A stretch of DNA of 64,000 bases from Chitinophagaceae bacterium UBA4857 (GCA_002399735.1 DHEF01000053.1:24828-88827); one strand, 5' to 3'; positions 10,195 to 20,169 are shown, counted from the first letter of the stretch. Made by a program: numbers and translations. The notes: generated by a model not told the origin, from the sequence alone.

Positions 10195-10887
10195 TTACAT
10201 TAAACCTTGCTCTACAAAACTATAGTAGCCTGTTTCACTAACAATAATGTGATCCAGTACTTTTATATCCAGGTAACCTGCAGCCTCGTACAATTTGTTA
10301 GTTAAACGTTTATCTGCTTCGCTGGGGTTAAGGTTGCCAGAGGGATGGTTATGGCTAATAATAATATTAACGGCATTGTGTTCCAAAGCCTTTTTTAATA
10401 TAATCTTCGGGTCGGCTACAGTACCTGTAACACCTCCTTCGCTGACAATTTCAAAGTGATTTATTTTATTAGCCTGGTTTAAGTACATAACTGCAAAAAC
10501 CTCATGCTTAAAATCGCCAAGTTTTAGCTGCAGCCATTTGGCACAATCACTAGTACTGGTAATGAAAGGTTTAGCCAGCAATTCTGCAGCTTGCCGTCGT
10601 TTTCCTAACTCCAATGCGGCCACCAATAATACCGCCTTGGCTTCGCCAATTCCTTTTATTTTAGTAAGGTCTTTAACGGTAAGTTTTGCTAACTCTTGCA
10701 AATTATCTTTTCCCAGGCGTAGTATTTCCTGCGCTACATCCAGCGCCGATTTATTACGGGGTCCATTACGTATCAAAATGGCCAAAAGCTCAGAGTTGCT
10801 TAATCCTTTGGCTCCGGACAATAGTAGTTTTTCTCGGGGCCTATCGTCTTTTGCCCATTGTTTTATCGGGTACTTTTGCTCTTGCAT
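10195..10887 (-). CDS. radC: RadC/JAB-domain protein
   Basis: DRPREKL, LSNSELLAILIR, IKGIGEAKA, HNHPSG...SEAD, VLDHII. Confidence 0.95.
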   Translation of the reverse strand: MQEQKYPIKQWAKDDRPREKLLLSGAKGLSNSELLAILIRNGPRNKSALDVAQEILRLGKDNLQELAKLTVKDLTKIKGIGEAKAVLLVAALELGKRRQAAELLAKPFITSTSDCAKWLQLKLGDFKHEVFAVMYLNQANKINHFEIVSEGGVTGTVADPKIILKKALEHNAVNIIISHNHPSGNLNPSEADKRLTNKLYEAAGYLDIKVLDHIIVSETGYYSFVEQGLM

Positions 10888-10978
10888 GATATCAATTTAA
10901 CAAATAATTTTATCCCGTTAATTAATTACAAAAAAGTTATATGTGATTAATTAGCGGAAAACCATAAAATCTAATATC

Positions 10979-11209
10979 ATGAAGCCTAGTAACCTGACTA
11001 CCGTAGGTGCATTGCATCCCATTCTTTTCTTTGCAACCGTTTACATTGTTGCTTTACTTCTTTCTGTGTTTATCTGCACATCCATATTTAAAAGTTTAAA
11101 TAGTAGTACTGCCAGCCAATACAATAAAGAGTCACAACCTGCTACAGTAGCCGTTTCTACGAAAAGTATACCCAATACCACAATTGGCGCAGTAGTAGCT
11201 TTGCGTTAA
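10979..11209 (+). CDS. Small single-TM hypothetical membrane protein
   Basis: 76 aa with one hydrophobic segment (ILFFATVYIVALLLSVFIC); fills the gap before prs in the same orientation. Confidence 0.55.
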   Translation: MKPSNLTTVGALHPILFFATVYIVALLLSVFICTSIFKSLNSSTASQYNKESQPATVAVSTKSIPNTTIGAVVALR

Positions 11210-11285
11210 TTATTTTCAGTTTTTATAGCTAGTTGTCTGGGTTCATTGGCCCTATATTTATATCTTCGCCACTCATTCCACAACC

Positions 11286-12236
11286 ATGCAATCAGCTAAA
11301 ATATTCTCAGGTACAGGTTCACAGGACTTATCAGCAGAAATCTGTAAACGGTACGGAACACAACCCGGACGTATTAATGTTCAAAAGTTTAGTGATGGTG
11401 AAATTTCACCCAACTTTTTGGAAAGTGTTCGTGGCGATTACGTTTTTTTAGTACAAAGTACTTTTGCCCCTTCCGAAAATTTTATGGAATTACTGTTAAT
11501 GATTGATGCAGCCCGCAGAGCATCAGCCTATAAAGTAATTGCCGTTATTCCCTATTATGGCTATGCCCGCCAGGATCGTAAGGATCGTCCCCGTGTTGCC
11601 ATTGGCAGTAAACTTGTAGCCAATATGTTAACCGCAGCCGGTGCTGATAGGGTGATAACCATGGATTTACATGCTCCGCAAATTCAGGGTTACTTCGATA
11701 TTCCCGTTGACCACCTTGACAGCCACGCTGTTTTTATTCCCTATATTGAAAATTTACGCTTAGAAAACCTTACCTTTGCCGCCCCCGACGTAGGAGCAAC
11801 CAACCGTATACGCGAAATTGCCAACTATTTTGGGGCCGAAATGGTTATTTGCGACAAACATCGCAAACGTGCCAACGAGATAGCGAGCATGGTGGTAATT
11901 GGTGATGTTACCGGTAAAGACATTGTTATTATAGATGACATTTGTGATACCGGCGGAACACTTGCAAAAAGTGCAGCTCTTTTAAAAGAAAAAGGTGCCC
12001 GTAGCGTTAGGGCCATGATTACCCATCCGGTATTGAGTGGCAAAGCCTACGAAAACATCGAAAACAGTGTGCTGGAAGAGCTAATTGTATGCGATACTAT
12101 TCCTATCCGCAAACAAAGCGAAAAAATAAAAGTAATCTCAGTAGCCGAATTATTTGCTGTAGCCATACGCAATGCGTTCGAAAACAAAAGTATTACCAGT
12201 TTATTTGTTCACTCGCAACGCCGCACTAGCCTGTAA
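11286..12236 (+). CDS. prs: Ribose-phosphate pyrophosphokinase
   Basis: KFSDGE, PYYGYARQDRK, MDLHAPQIQG, IIDDICDTGGT. Confidence 0.97.
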   Translation: MQSAKIFSGTGSQDLSAEICKRYGTQPGRINVQKFSDGEISPNFLESVRGDYVFLVQSTFAPSENFMELLLMIDAARRASAYKVIAVIPYYGYARQDRKDRPRVAIGSKLVANMLTAAGADRVITMDLHAPQIQGYFDIPVDHLDSHAVFIPYIENLRLENLTFAAPDVGATNRIREIANYFGAEMVICDKHRKRANEIASMVVIGDVTGKDIVIIDDICDTGGTLAKSAALLKEKGARSVRAMITHPVLSGKAYENIENSVLEELIVCDTIPIRKQSEKIKVISVAELFAVAIRNAFENKSITSLFVHSQRRTSL

Positions 12237-12321
12237 GGGTGTAGGGTAGTAAGGTTGGGGTTTAAGGTTTACGTGTTTTATTCTGTATACTAGTATACTG
12301 AATATTAATGACTAATAATTA

Positions 12322-12400
12322 TTTTACCAACTGCATTACTACTAGCATCGTCTGTTGCGTCGCACTCTTGTACTGTAGTAATTCTATTGAACATTGTGCA
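12322..12400 (+). repeat. Dispersed repeat superfamily copy
   Basis: 12322-12374 is 50/53 identical to the reverse complement of 35290-35343; the right arm gtaattctattgaacattgtgca matches 19236-19258. Confidence 0.9.
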
Positions 12401-12521
12401 GGTAACGGAATAATAGGATAAACTAAAAAAGCAGGTTATTAAAATGGCAGTTAACCAATAACTGTTAGCTAATAACCGCTTTAAAAAACAGAGAATTTTT
12501 TATTCATATAAACAAACAAAA

Positions 12522-13100
12522 ATGAGAACAATTACAATCGAAGGGAACTTGAGGACCGATTTTGGCAAGTCAGCCACCCGCCAAATTCGCTCTCAGGGTC
12601 ATGTGCCTGGTGTAATTTACGGGGGTGCTCAGGAAATTAGTTTTTATGCTCCTGCTGCGGCTTTCAAACACTTTGTGTACACACCAAGCTTTCAAATTGC
12701 TGAAGTTAAATTAGATGGTAAAACTTACCGTACTATCTTAAAAGACTTACAATTTGATAAAGTAACCGACGCTTTAACACATATTGATTTGTTAGAGTTA
12801 GTGGAAGATAAAAAAGTTATTGCAACTATTCCTTTGAAATTTACAGGTACATCTGTAGGTGTAAAAGAAGGTGGTCGCTTTGTAGCTAAATTTAAATCAC
12901 TTAAAGTGAAAACTTTACCGAAGGATTTAAAAGAGCAAATTGAAGTGCCTATTGACACTTTAAAAATTAACGAAAACATTCGTGTAGAAGATGTGAAAGA
13001 ACCAAATTTTGAAATTTTGAATTCTCCACGTATTCCTATTGCATCAGTAGTTATGACTCGTCAGCTTAAACAAGAAGAAGCTGCTGCTGCTAAAAAATAA
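12522..13100 (+). CDS. rplY: 50S ribosomal protein L25/Ctc
   Basis: GHVPGVIYG, KDLQFDKV...HIDLLEL, IPLKFTGTSVGVKEGG; canonical prs-rplY-pth order. Confidence 0.95.
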   Translation: MRTITIEGNLRTDFGKSATRQIRSQGHVPGVIYGGAQEISFYAPAAAFKHFVYTPSFQIAEVKLDGKTYRTILKDLQFDKVTDALTHIDLLELVEDKKVIATIPLKFTGTSVGVKEGGRFVAKFKSLKVKTLPKDLKEQIEVPIDTLKINENIRVEDVKEPNFEILNSPRIPIASVVMTRQLKQEEAAAAKK

Positions 13101-13121
13101 TCAACGTAACTTGATTGATAT

Positions 13122-13155
13122 AAAAAGTACCTGCAAACATGCAGGTATTTTTTTT
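13122..13155 (+). terminator. Intrinsic terminator after rplY
   Basis: aaaaagtacctgc-aaacat-gcaggtattttttt. Confidence 0.8.
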
Positions 13156-13190
13156 AGGCGTAAGCTGTTGCTAAAAGTTATAAAGATGAT

Positions 13191-13315
13191 GGGCTGCACT
13201 GCTTAGCCGTAAATACTTTGCCACGTGTAATTGCAGGTTTGTGCCGGGCTGGCAAAGATTGAAGGCGGGCAGTGAGCTGTAGCTGAATATTGTTGTTAGA
13301 GCCGAAAGCCCCAAA
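13191..13315 (+). repeat. GGCTG...AGCCCCAAA element (125 nt)
   Basis: Shares ggctgcactgcttag.cgtaaat..tttg, cgggcagtg and agccccaaat with 29162-29276; same termini as 20873-20990 and 46370-46487 (-). Confidence 0.8.
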
Positions 13316-13356
13316 TTTGTTTTATTGTTACATATATTGATAATTATTTTTGTGTT

Positions 13357-13944
13357 ATGAAATGTTTAATTGTAGGCCTTGGAAATGTAGGTAATGAGTA
13401 TGCTCATACAAGACATAATATTGGTTTTGATGTGGTAAATGCTTTTGTGATGAAACATGGGGGGCAGTTTAAGGTAGACAGGCTGGCTTATATGGCAGAG
13501 GTAAAATGGAAAGGGAAAATATTTATTTGTATATGTCCTACAACATATATGAATTTAAGTGGTAAGGCTGTTAAGTACTGGATGGATAAAGAAAAAATAG
13601 CTATAGAAAATGTATTTGTTATTTTAGATGATCTGGCATTGCCATTAAATAAGCTGCGTATACGCCCCGAAGGCAGTGACGCAGGGCATAACGGATTGAG
13701 AAGTATACAGACTTTGTTAAACAGTACCAATTATCCCAGGCTAAGGTTTGGTATTGGTAACGATTTTCCCAAGGGTATGCAGGCCGAATTTGTTTTGGGA
13801 AAATGGATGGAAAATGAATTACCTTTAGTGAAGAAGAAAATTGATGTTTCGGTTGATATAATTGAAAAATTTGCGACTATTGGCGTAACCCGAGTTATGA
13901 ATGAAATAAATAATAAGATATTTTCATTATGTGATATGAGTTAG
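13357..13944 (+). CDS. pth: Peptidyl-tRNA hydrolase
   Basis: LIVGLGN, TRHNIGF, PTTYMNLSG, GHNGL, RLRFGIG. Confidence 0.97.
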   Translation: MKCLIVGLGNVGNEYAHTRHNIGFDVVNAFVMKHGGQFKVDRLAYMAEVKWKGKIFICICPTTYMNLSGKAVKYWMDKEKIAIENVFVILDDLALPLNKLRIRPEGSDAGHNGLRSIQTLLNSTNYPRLRFGIGNDFPKGMQAEFVLGKWMENELPLVKKKIDVSVDIIEKFATIGVTRVMNEINNKIFSLCDMS

Positions 13945-14072
13945 ATTACTTATTTTAGCGTCCCCGTCCAACCAAAATCCAGTTGATACATGATTGCCTT
14001 ATTGGGATAATACCTGAGTAGCACAGCTATCATGGTATACATCTTTATATTTAATCATCAACAACCTCTAAA

Positions 14073-14684
14073 ATGAAAATTTTTTGTGTAGGCCGTAATT
14101 ATACCGAGCACGCAAAAGAGTTAAACAATGCAGTTCCAGACGAGCCGGTTATTTTTATGAAACCGAAAAATGCATTGCTGCAATCTCATACTCCTTTTTA
14201 TTATCCCGAATTTACAAACGAACTGCATTATGAATGTGAGATAGTATTGCGTGTTTGTAAAAACGGTAAATACATTCAGGACAGACATGCAGGTAAATAC
14301 TATGACGCCATTACAACCGGTATTGATTTTACTGCAAGGGATGTGCAAAACGAACTAAAAGCAAAAGGCTTGCCTTGGGAAAGAGCCAAAGCATGGGACA
14401 ACTCGGCTGTAGTAGGTAGTTGGATTCCGTTGGCAGAAGTAAAGAATAAGAACGATATAAACTTTAGCCTGCAAAAGAACAAAGAGCAGGTACAAAAAGG
14501 CAATACCAAGGATATGATTTTTGCCTTTGATGAAATTGTATCATTTATATCCAACTATTTTTCTATTAATATTGGTGACCTGATATTTACCGGCACACCT
14601 GCAGGTGTTGGCGAAGCAGTAGTGGGTGATGTGTTGGAGGGGTTTGTAGATGACAAGAATCTTTTTAGCCTGGAAGTAAAATAA
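14073..14684 (+). CDS. Fumarylacetoacetate hydrolase family protein
   Basis: CVGRNYTEH, IFMKP, HYECE, DFTARD, GDLIFTGTPAGVG. Confidence 0.92.
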   Translation: MKIFCVGRNYTEHAKELNNAVPDEPVIFMKPKNALLQSHTPFYYPEFTNELHYECEIVLRVCKNGKYIQDRHAGKYYDAITTGIDFTARDVQNELKAKGLPWERAKAWDNSAVVGSWIPLAEVKNKNDINFSLQKNKEQVQKGNTKDMIFAFDEIVSFISNYFSINIGDLIFTGTPAGVGEAVVGDVLEGFVDDKNLFSLEVK

Positions 14685-14710
14685 GTATTGCCAGTTAATT
14701 GTTATAACAC

Positions 14711-14738
14711 AAAGCCCCGTTATTGCTAACGGGGCTTT
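14711..14738. terminator. Bidirectional intrinsic terminator between convergent FAH and pckA
   Basis: aaagccccgtta-ttgc-taacggggcttt, perfect 12-bp stem. Confidence 0.88.
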
Positions 14739-14764
14739 TATAGTTGTGCCTCATGTGTGTAAGC

Positions 14765-16375
14765 TTATTGTTTAGGCGTTGGTGCTGCAGCAATAATAGC
14801 AGCATCTACACCATCTTCGTATTTTTTAAAGTTGCTTATAAACAAGTTGGCTAAGTAATTAGCCTTTTTGTCGTAAGCGGCTTTGTCCTTCCATGTGTTA
14901 CGGGGTACCAAAACTTCATCGGGTACATTGGGGCAACTATTGGGTATGGCAAAACCAAAAATTGCATCAGGCATAGTAGTTACGTTATTTAAACTACCGT
15001 CCAATGCTGCGCTAATCATGGCACGTGTGTATTTCAATTTCATACGGCTACCTTCACCATAAGCACCACCGCTCCAGCCGGTATTAATTAACCAAACATT
15101 TACCTGGTTTTCCTGCATTTTTTTACCTAACATGGCTGCATATTTTCCCGGATGCAATGGTAAAAAAGGTGCACCAAAACAAGCGCTAAAAGTTGGTTTA
15201 GGTTCTGTTACTCCGGCTTCGGTACCGGCAACTTTTGCTGTGTAACCTGAGATGAACTGGTACATAGCCTGACCAGGTGTTAATCTAGAAATAGGAGGTA
15301 ATACACCAAAAGCATCGCAGGTTAAAAAGAATATATTTTTTGGTAAACCGCCAACCGAGGGCTCCATGGCATTACTAATAAAATGTAAGGGGTAAGATAC
15401 ACGTGTGTTTTCCGTTATACTGGCATCATCAAAATTAATGGTGTTGGTGTTGGGGAAAAATGTAGTGTTTTCTACCAATGCGCCGGGGCGAATAGCGTTA
15501 AAAATTTCCGGTTCTTTTTCTTCGCTAAGATTAATAGTTTTAGCATAACAACCGCCTTCAAAATTAAAGATGTTGTCATCGGTCCAGGCGTGTTCATCAT
15601 CACCTATCAGCTTGCGATTAGGATCAGCACTCAGGGTTGTTTTACCCGTACCGCTTAAGCCAAAGAAAATAGCCGTATCACCATCATTACCCATGTTAGC
15701 ACTGCAATGCATACTCAGCACATCTTTATCCTGCGGCAGTATATAGTTTAAGATGGTAAAAATGCCTTTTTTAATTTCGCCGGTATAACCTGTGCCGGCT
15801 ATTAAAATAGTTTTATTTTTAAATGAAACAATGGCTGCATTCGCTTGTCTGGTACCACATTCCTGCGGATCTAATTTTAATGAAGGGGCAGATAAAATAT
15901 GCCATTCAGGTGTAAATGTTTCCAGTTCAGCCTCGGTAGGGCGCAGGAACATATTATAAGCAAACAGGTTGTTCCATGGTTTTTCGTTTACTACTCTTAT
16001 ATTGGTTTGGTATCTTTTATCGGCACAGGCATAACAATCACGCACCCATATTTCAGGTGCCTGATCTAAATGCTGCATTATTTTTTTACGAACAATGTCA
16101 TAATATTTTTCATCAATGGAAATGTTAAAGTCGTTCCAGTTTACAGTGTCTGTGGTAATAGCATCTTTTACAATAAACTTATCTTTTGGCGACCGGCCGG
16201 TAAATTCACCGGTTTGTATTACTAAAGCTCCGGTATCATTTAATACTCCTTCACCGGTTCTTAATGTGTCCTGAATTAATTCATCGGCAGATAGTTGGTA
16301 ATGTACGTTTGGGGTGTTTTGTAATCCAAGTTTTACAAGCGCCTGTACAGGCAATGAAATAGTCGGGTATGACAT
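14765..16375 (-). CDS. pckA: Phosphoenolpyruvate carboxykinase (ATP)
   Basis: TGRSPKDK, GTGYTGEIKK, FFGLSGTGKTTLS, IGDDEH, FEGGCYAK. ATG at 16375 preferred. Confidence 0.97.
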   Translation of the reverse strand: MSYPTISLPVQALVKLGLQNTPNVHYQLSADELIQDTLRTGEGVLNDTGALVIQTGEFTGRSPKDKFIVKDAITTDTVNWNDFNISIDEKYYDIVRKKIMQHLDQAPEIWVRDCYACADKRYQTNIRVVNEKPWNNLFAYNMFLRPTEAELETFTPEWHILSAPSLKLDPQECGTRQANAAIVSFKNKTILIAGTGYTGEIKKGIFTILNYILPQDKDVLSMHCSANMGNDGDTAIFFGLSGTGKTTLSADPNRKLIGDDEHAWTDDNIFNFEGGCYAKTINLSEEKEPEIFNAIRPGALVENTTFFPNTNTINFDDASITENTRVSYPLHFISNAMEPSVGGLPKNIFFLTCDAFGVLPPISRLTPGQAMYQFISGYTAKVAGTEAGVTEPKPTFSACFGAPFLPLHPGKYAAMLGKKMQENQVNVWLINTGWSGGAYGEGSRMKLKYTRAMISAALDGSLNNVTTMPDAIFGFAIPNSCPNVPDEVLVPRNTWKDKAAYDKKANYLANLFISNFKKYEDGVDAAIIAAAPTPKQ

Positions 16376-16787
16376 ATAACTAGCAAGTTTGTTAAGCAGC
16401 AAAACTACAGAAAGATTTTATATTTAACGAACAAGTGTTAGTTGTACACATTGAACAAATTATTGTTATTATGTAGAAAGGTTAGTTTTTATTTAAAAAA
16501 GTACAGCTTTATTATAACATATTTGTAAAAAAATAATTTTAGGTGTGTTTATTTATAAAGTTTAGGCAACAAAAAATTATTTAAAAAATAGTATGATTAG
16601 TAATTGCGGGTTATTTTAAAACTACCTACTTAAATATATTTTAACCCAAACCAACCGTTTCTTTACCGGTTATAGTATAAATGAATTTTGGTTGCTTATT
16701 TTGTTATCATTTAACAGCTTAACACTTAGCTTGCATTGTCAATTCAACAAGCCTGTTTATCTTTAACCTCTTTTTAAAATAGTAATA

Positions 16788-18080
16788 ATGAGAAACTTAC
16801 CCATAGATTCTAAATTGTTCTCGCAAAACAGAAAGCGTTTTATAAGTAAAATGGAAAAAAATAGCATTGCTATTTTTTTAAGTAATGATGAAATGCCTAC
16901 CAATGGTGATGCATTGTATAAGTTTAAACAAAACAGTAACCTGTATTGGTTAAGTGGCGTAACTCAGGAAGATAGTATGGTTATTCTTTTTCCTGACAAC
17001 CCCGATCCTAAATACCGTGAAGTATTGGTATTGGTTAGGCCTAATGAATTAAAAGAAAAATGGGATGGTAAAAGATTAAGAGTAAACGAAGCAACTGCTT
17101 TAAGTGGCATACAAACTATTGTTTGGGCCGATACTTTAGACGGTTTATTACAACCCTGGATACACCTGGCCGATAATATTTATTTAGACAGTAATGAGAA
17201 TGATAGAAAAGGTTCGTTATTACAAACAAGAGATTATCGTTTTATACAGGAAACCAAAGCCCGTTACCCATTACATAATTACCTGCGTGCTGCTAAAATA
17301 ACCAAAGAGCTACGCGCCATTAAAACACCCGAAGAAGTTGCTGTATTACAAAAAGCAATGGATATTACAGAAATTACATTCAGACGTTTGTTACAATTTA
17401 TCAAACCCGGTGTAATGGAGTATGAAATTGAAGCCGAAATATTTCATTCCTTCTTATCACAACGCTCCGAAGGTCCTGCCTACAACAGCATTATTGCCAG
17501 TGGCGATAATGCAAGGGTTTTACATTACCTGTTTAACAACCAGGAGTGTAAAGATGGCGATTTAGTATTAATGGATTTTGGTGCAGAGTATGGCGGTTAT
17601 TGTGCCGATCTTACCCGTACAGTTCCTGTTAACGGTAAGTTTAGTAAACGCCAGAAAGAAGTGTACAATGCTTGTTTAGCTATTCATGATTATTGCAAAA
17701 GCATTTTAAAACCAGGTATCAGCATAAATAACTATACCGATAAAGTAGGTGATGAAGCCACCAAACAGTTTCTTAAAATTGGTTTAATAACTAAAGCCGA
17801 TGTTAAAAACGAAGATCCGGCTAACCGTGCTTACCGCAAATATTTATACCATGGTATTTCTCACCATTTGGGTATAGATGTACATGACCTTGGTACTAAA
17901 ACCGAACCTATCAAACAAGGCATGGTATTTACCATTGAGCCGGGTATTTATATTGAAGAAGAAAAAATGGGTGTACGTATCGAAAACAACTTCTGGATTA
18001 CCAAAACCGGTAATAAAGATTTAATGAAAAATATACCTATTACCGCCGAGGAAATAGAAACTTTAATGAAAAGGAAATAA
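16788..18080 (+). CDS. pepP: Xaa-Pro aminopeptidase (M24)
   Basis: MDFGAE, ADLTRT, HGISHHLGIDVHD, TIEPGIY, GVRIEN. Confidence 0.9.
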   Translation: MRNLPIDSKLFSQNRKRFISKMEKNSIAIFLSNDEMPTNGDALYKFKQNSNLYWLSGVTQEDSMVILFPDNPDPKYREVLVLVRPNELKEKWDGKRLRVNEATALSGIQTIVWADTLDGLLQPWIHLADNIYLDSNENDRKGSLLQTRDYRFIQETKARYPLHNYLRAAKITKELRAIKTPEEVAVLQKAMDITEITFRRLLQFIKPGVMEYEIEAEIFHSFLSQRSEGPAYNSIIASGDNARVLHYLFNNQECKDGDLVLMDFGAEYGGYCADLTRTVPVNGKFSKRQKEVYNACLAIHDYCKSILKPGISINNYTDKVGDEATKQFLKIGLITKADVKNEDPANRAYRKYLYHGISHHLGIDVHDLGTKTEPIKQGMVFTIEPGIYIEEEKMGVRIENNFWITKTGNKDLMKNIPITAEEIETLMKRK

Positions 18081-18105
18081 AACAATTTAACTACAGCCAC
18101 TCTAC

Positions 18106-18873
18106 ATGAAACAGGTTCCCAATTATTTTACGCTGCTTAATCTGGTATTTGGCTGTATAGCCATTATTGTAACACTGCAAAACGGATTTATTGTTTACAA
18201 TGATCCACAAAGCGGGCAACAATTTTTAAGGGTTCCTGAGAGTATAGCGTTGGCATCTGTGTTTATTGGTTTAGCAGCCGTGGTCGATTTTTTAGATGGA
18301 TTTTTAGCCCGCCTGTTAAAAGCCGATTCGGAAATGGGTAAACAGTTAGATTCATTAGCCGATTTAGTAAGTTTTGGTGTTGCTCCCGGGTTAATCATGT
18401 ATCAGTTTCTTAGGTTGGCCATTGCTGCCGAACCTGATGGATTAGATAGCTCGGTTATCTGGTTATTGCCTGCATTATTTTTACCGGTGGCTGCTGCCTG
18501 GCGTTTAGCAAGATTTAATATTGATACCGATCAGAAATTTTATTTCAAAGGTTTACCGGCACCTGCTGGTGGTTTGTTAATAGCCTCTTTGCCATTAATT
18601 TACTGGCATGGCAATGTAGATGCGGCGGTTACCTTATTGCAAAACAAATGGGTGTTATATGCCATCATTGCTTTTACCGCAATAATCACGGTAAGCAAAT
18701 TGCCCTTACTTAGCCTTAAGTTTAAAGACTTTACCCTTAAAAATAACCTACCCAAAGTAATTTTATTAGTTATAGCTATTGTAGCAGGATTATTCACCGG
18801 TTGGTTAGCAATTCCTCTTGTAATAATCGCTTACATACTCTTATCTTTGGGCTTTAAAAATAGTATAGCATGA
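18106..18873 (+). CDS. pssA: CDP-alcohol phosphatidyltransferase (phosphatidylserine synthase-like)
   Basis: DFLDGFLARLL...GKQLDSLADLVSFGVAP, RLARFN. Confidence 0.85.
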   Translation: MKQVPNYFTLLNLVFGCIAIIVTLQNGFIVYNDPQSGQQFLRVPESIALASVFIGLAAVVDFLDGFLARLLKADSEMGKQLDSLADLVSFGVAPGLIMYQFLRLAIAAEPDGLDSSVIWLLPALFLPVAAAWRLARFNIDTDQKFYFKGLPAPAGGLLIASLPLIYWHGNVDAAVTLLQNKWVLYAIIAFTAIITVSKLPLLSLKFKDFTLKNNLPKVILLVIAIVAGLFTGWLAIPLVIIAYILLSLGFKNSIA

Positions 18874-19115
18874 CATATTCGGTAGAAGTAAAAGTAATGC
18901 CGTTAAAAGAGTTATTAGATCCTCAAGGTAAAGCGGTAATTGGTGGATTAAAAAATTTAGGTTTACAAAGCGTAGAAGATGTGCGCATTGGCCGTAACAT
19001 CACTTTACAAATCAACGCATCATCTCCCGAAGAAGCCAAAGCCATCGCCGAAGAAGCCAGCAAAAAATTATTGGCCAATCCGGTAATGGAATATTTCGAA
19101 GCATCGGTAATATAA
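18870..19115 (+). CDS. purS: Phosphoribosylformylglycinamidine synthase subunit PurS
   Basis: LDPQGKAV, VRIGR, LLANPVME. Confidence 0.93.
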   Translation: MTYSVEVKVMPLKELLDPQGKAVIGGLKNLGLQSVEDVRIGRNITLQINASSPEEAKAIAEEASKKLLANPVMEYFEASVI

Positions 19116-19127
19116 TTTCAATTAATA

Positions 19128-19169
19128 AAACCGTACAACTAAATATACATTTATTTGGTTGTACGGTTT
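19128..19169 (+). terminator. Intrinsic terminator after purS
   Basis: aaaccgtacaactaaata-N6-tatttggttgtacggttt, 18-bp stem with one G-U pair. Confidence 0.75.
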
Positions 19170-19180
19170 ATTTATTTGGT

Positions 19181-19260
19181 TACCAGCGTCCCTCCCTTGA
19201 TTGGGCTTCGGTTGTGTCACTCACTTGTACGTTCGGTAATTCTATTGAGCATTGTGCAAA
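19181..19260 (+). repeat. Dispersed repeat superfamily copy (TTGTGTCACTCACTTG core)
   Basis: Left arm taccagcgtccctcccttgattgggctt matches 25964-25991; core plus right arm match the reverse complement of 55845-55895. Confidence 0.9.
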
Positions 19261-19335
19261 AGCAAGCTTGTAATTCAAAGTAGTTTTAGCTTAACAAAAG
19301 CAAACGTTTTGAAACCTATAAAATTTCGGAGTCTT

Positions 19336-19395
19336 TGTCGTCCTGAGCTTGACGAAGGACAACTTTAATAGGGCTTCGTCAAGCTCAGCCTGACA
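19336..19395. repeat. REP-like palindromic doublet
   Basis: Perfect 15-bp inverted repeat CTGAGCTTGACGAAG / CTTCGTCAAGCTCAG framed by TGTC...GACA. Confidence 0.8.
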
Positions 19396-19470
19396 GATGC
19401 TTTAGCCAAAGTGTTTACTTTAACATTGGTACTATTAACAAATAACCAATAACAATTAACATCAAACGGA

Positions 19471-20169
19471 GTGTCAGAAAATAACAATCAACCATCGCAA
19501 GGGCGTTTATACTTAGTGCCCACACCCATTGGCAACCTAAAAGATCTTACTTTTCGTGCCCTGGAAATATTGCAACAGGTTGATTTAATTTTAGCCGAAG
19601 ACACCCGCACCAGCTCTCATTTATTAAGACATTATCAGGTTAATAAACCTGTTACTCCGTACCATCAGCATAACGAGCATAAAGTATTACAGCATTTGGT
19701 AAGCCAATTAGCCGAAGGCAAAACCATGGCCATGGTTACTGATGCCGGGACACCCGGTATTTCTGATCCCGCATTTTTGCTGGTGAGGGAATGTGTAAAA
19801 GCCGGCGTGCCTGTTGAATGTTTGCCCGGCGCCACTGCTTTTGTCCCTGCTTTAGTTAACAGCGGTATACCCACCAACCGTTTTGTGTTTGAAGGTTTTA
19901 TCCCCGTAAAAAAAGGTCGCCAAACTTTATTAAAAGAATTACAAACCGAAGAACGCACCATGATATTTTACGAGTCGCCCATGCGGTTGGTAAAAACATT
20001 ACTAGACTTTATTGAATATTTTGGTGCCGACCGTAAAGTAAGTGTAAGCCGTGAGCTTACTAAAATGTTTGAAGAAAATAAACGCGGCACTTTACAGGAA
20101 GTGCATGATTATTTTGCCGCCAAAACCGTTAAAGGCGAAATAGTGATTGTGTTGGAAGGGAAGGAGTAG
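19471..20169 (+). CDS. rsmI: 16S rRNA (cytidine-1402-2'-O)-methyltransferase
   Basis: LYLVPTPIGNL, AEDTR, TDAGTPGISDPA, FYESP, RELTKMFEE. GTG start. Confidence 0.95.
   Translation: MSENNNQPSQGRLYLVPTPIGNLKDLTFRALEILQQVDLILAEDTRTSSHLLRHYQVNKPVTPYHQHNEHKVLQHLVSQLAEGKTMAMVTDAGTPGISDPAFLLVRECVKAGVPVECLPGATAFVPALVNSGIPTNRFVFEGFIPVKKGRQTLLKELQTEERTMIFYESPMRLVKTLLDFIEYFGADRKVSVSRELTKMFEENKRGTLQEVHDYFAAKTVKGEIVIVLEGKE

Noticed and set aside
11210-11285. tRNA gene, often found next to prs
   Set aside because: No cloverleaf, T-loop GTTCRA or CCA pattern here or elsewhere in the window.
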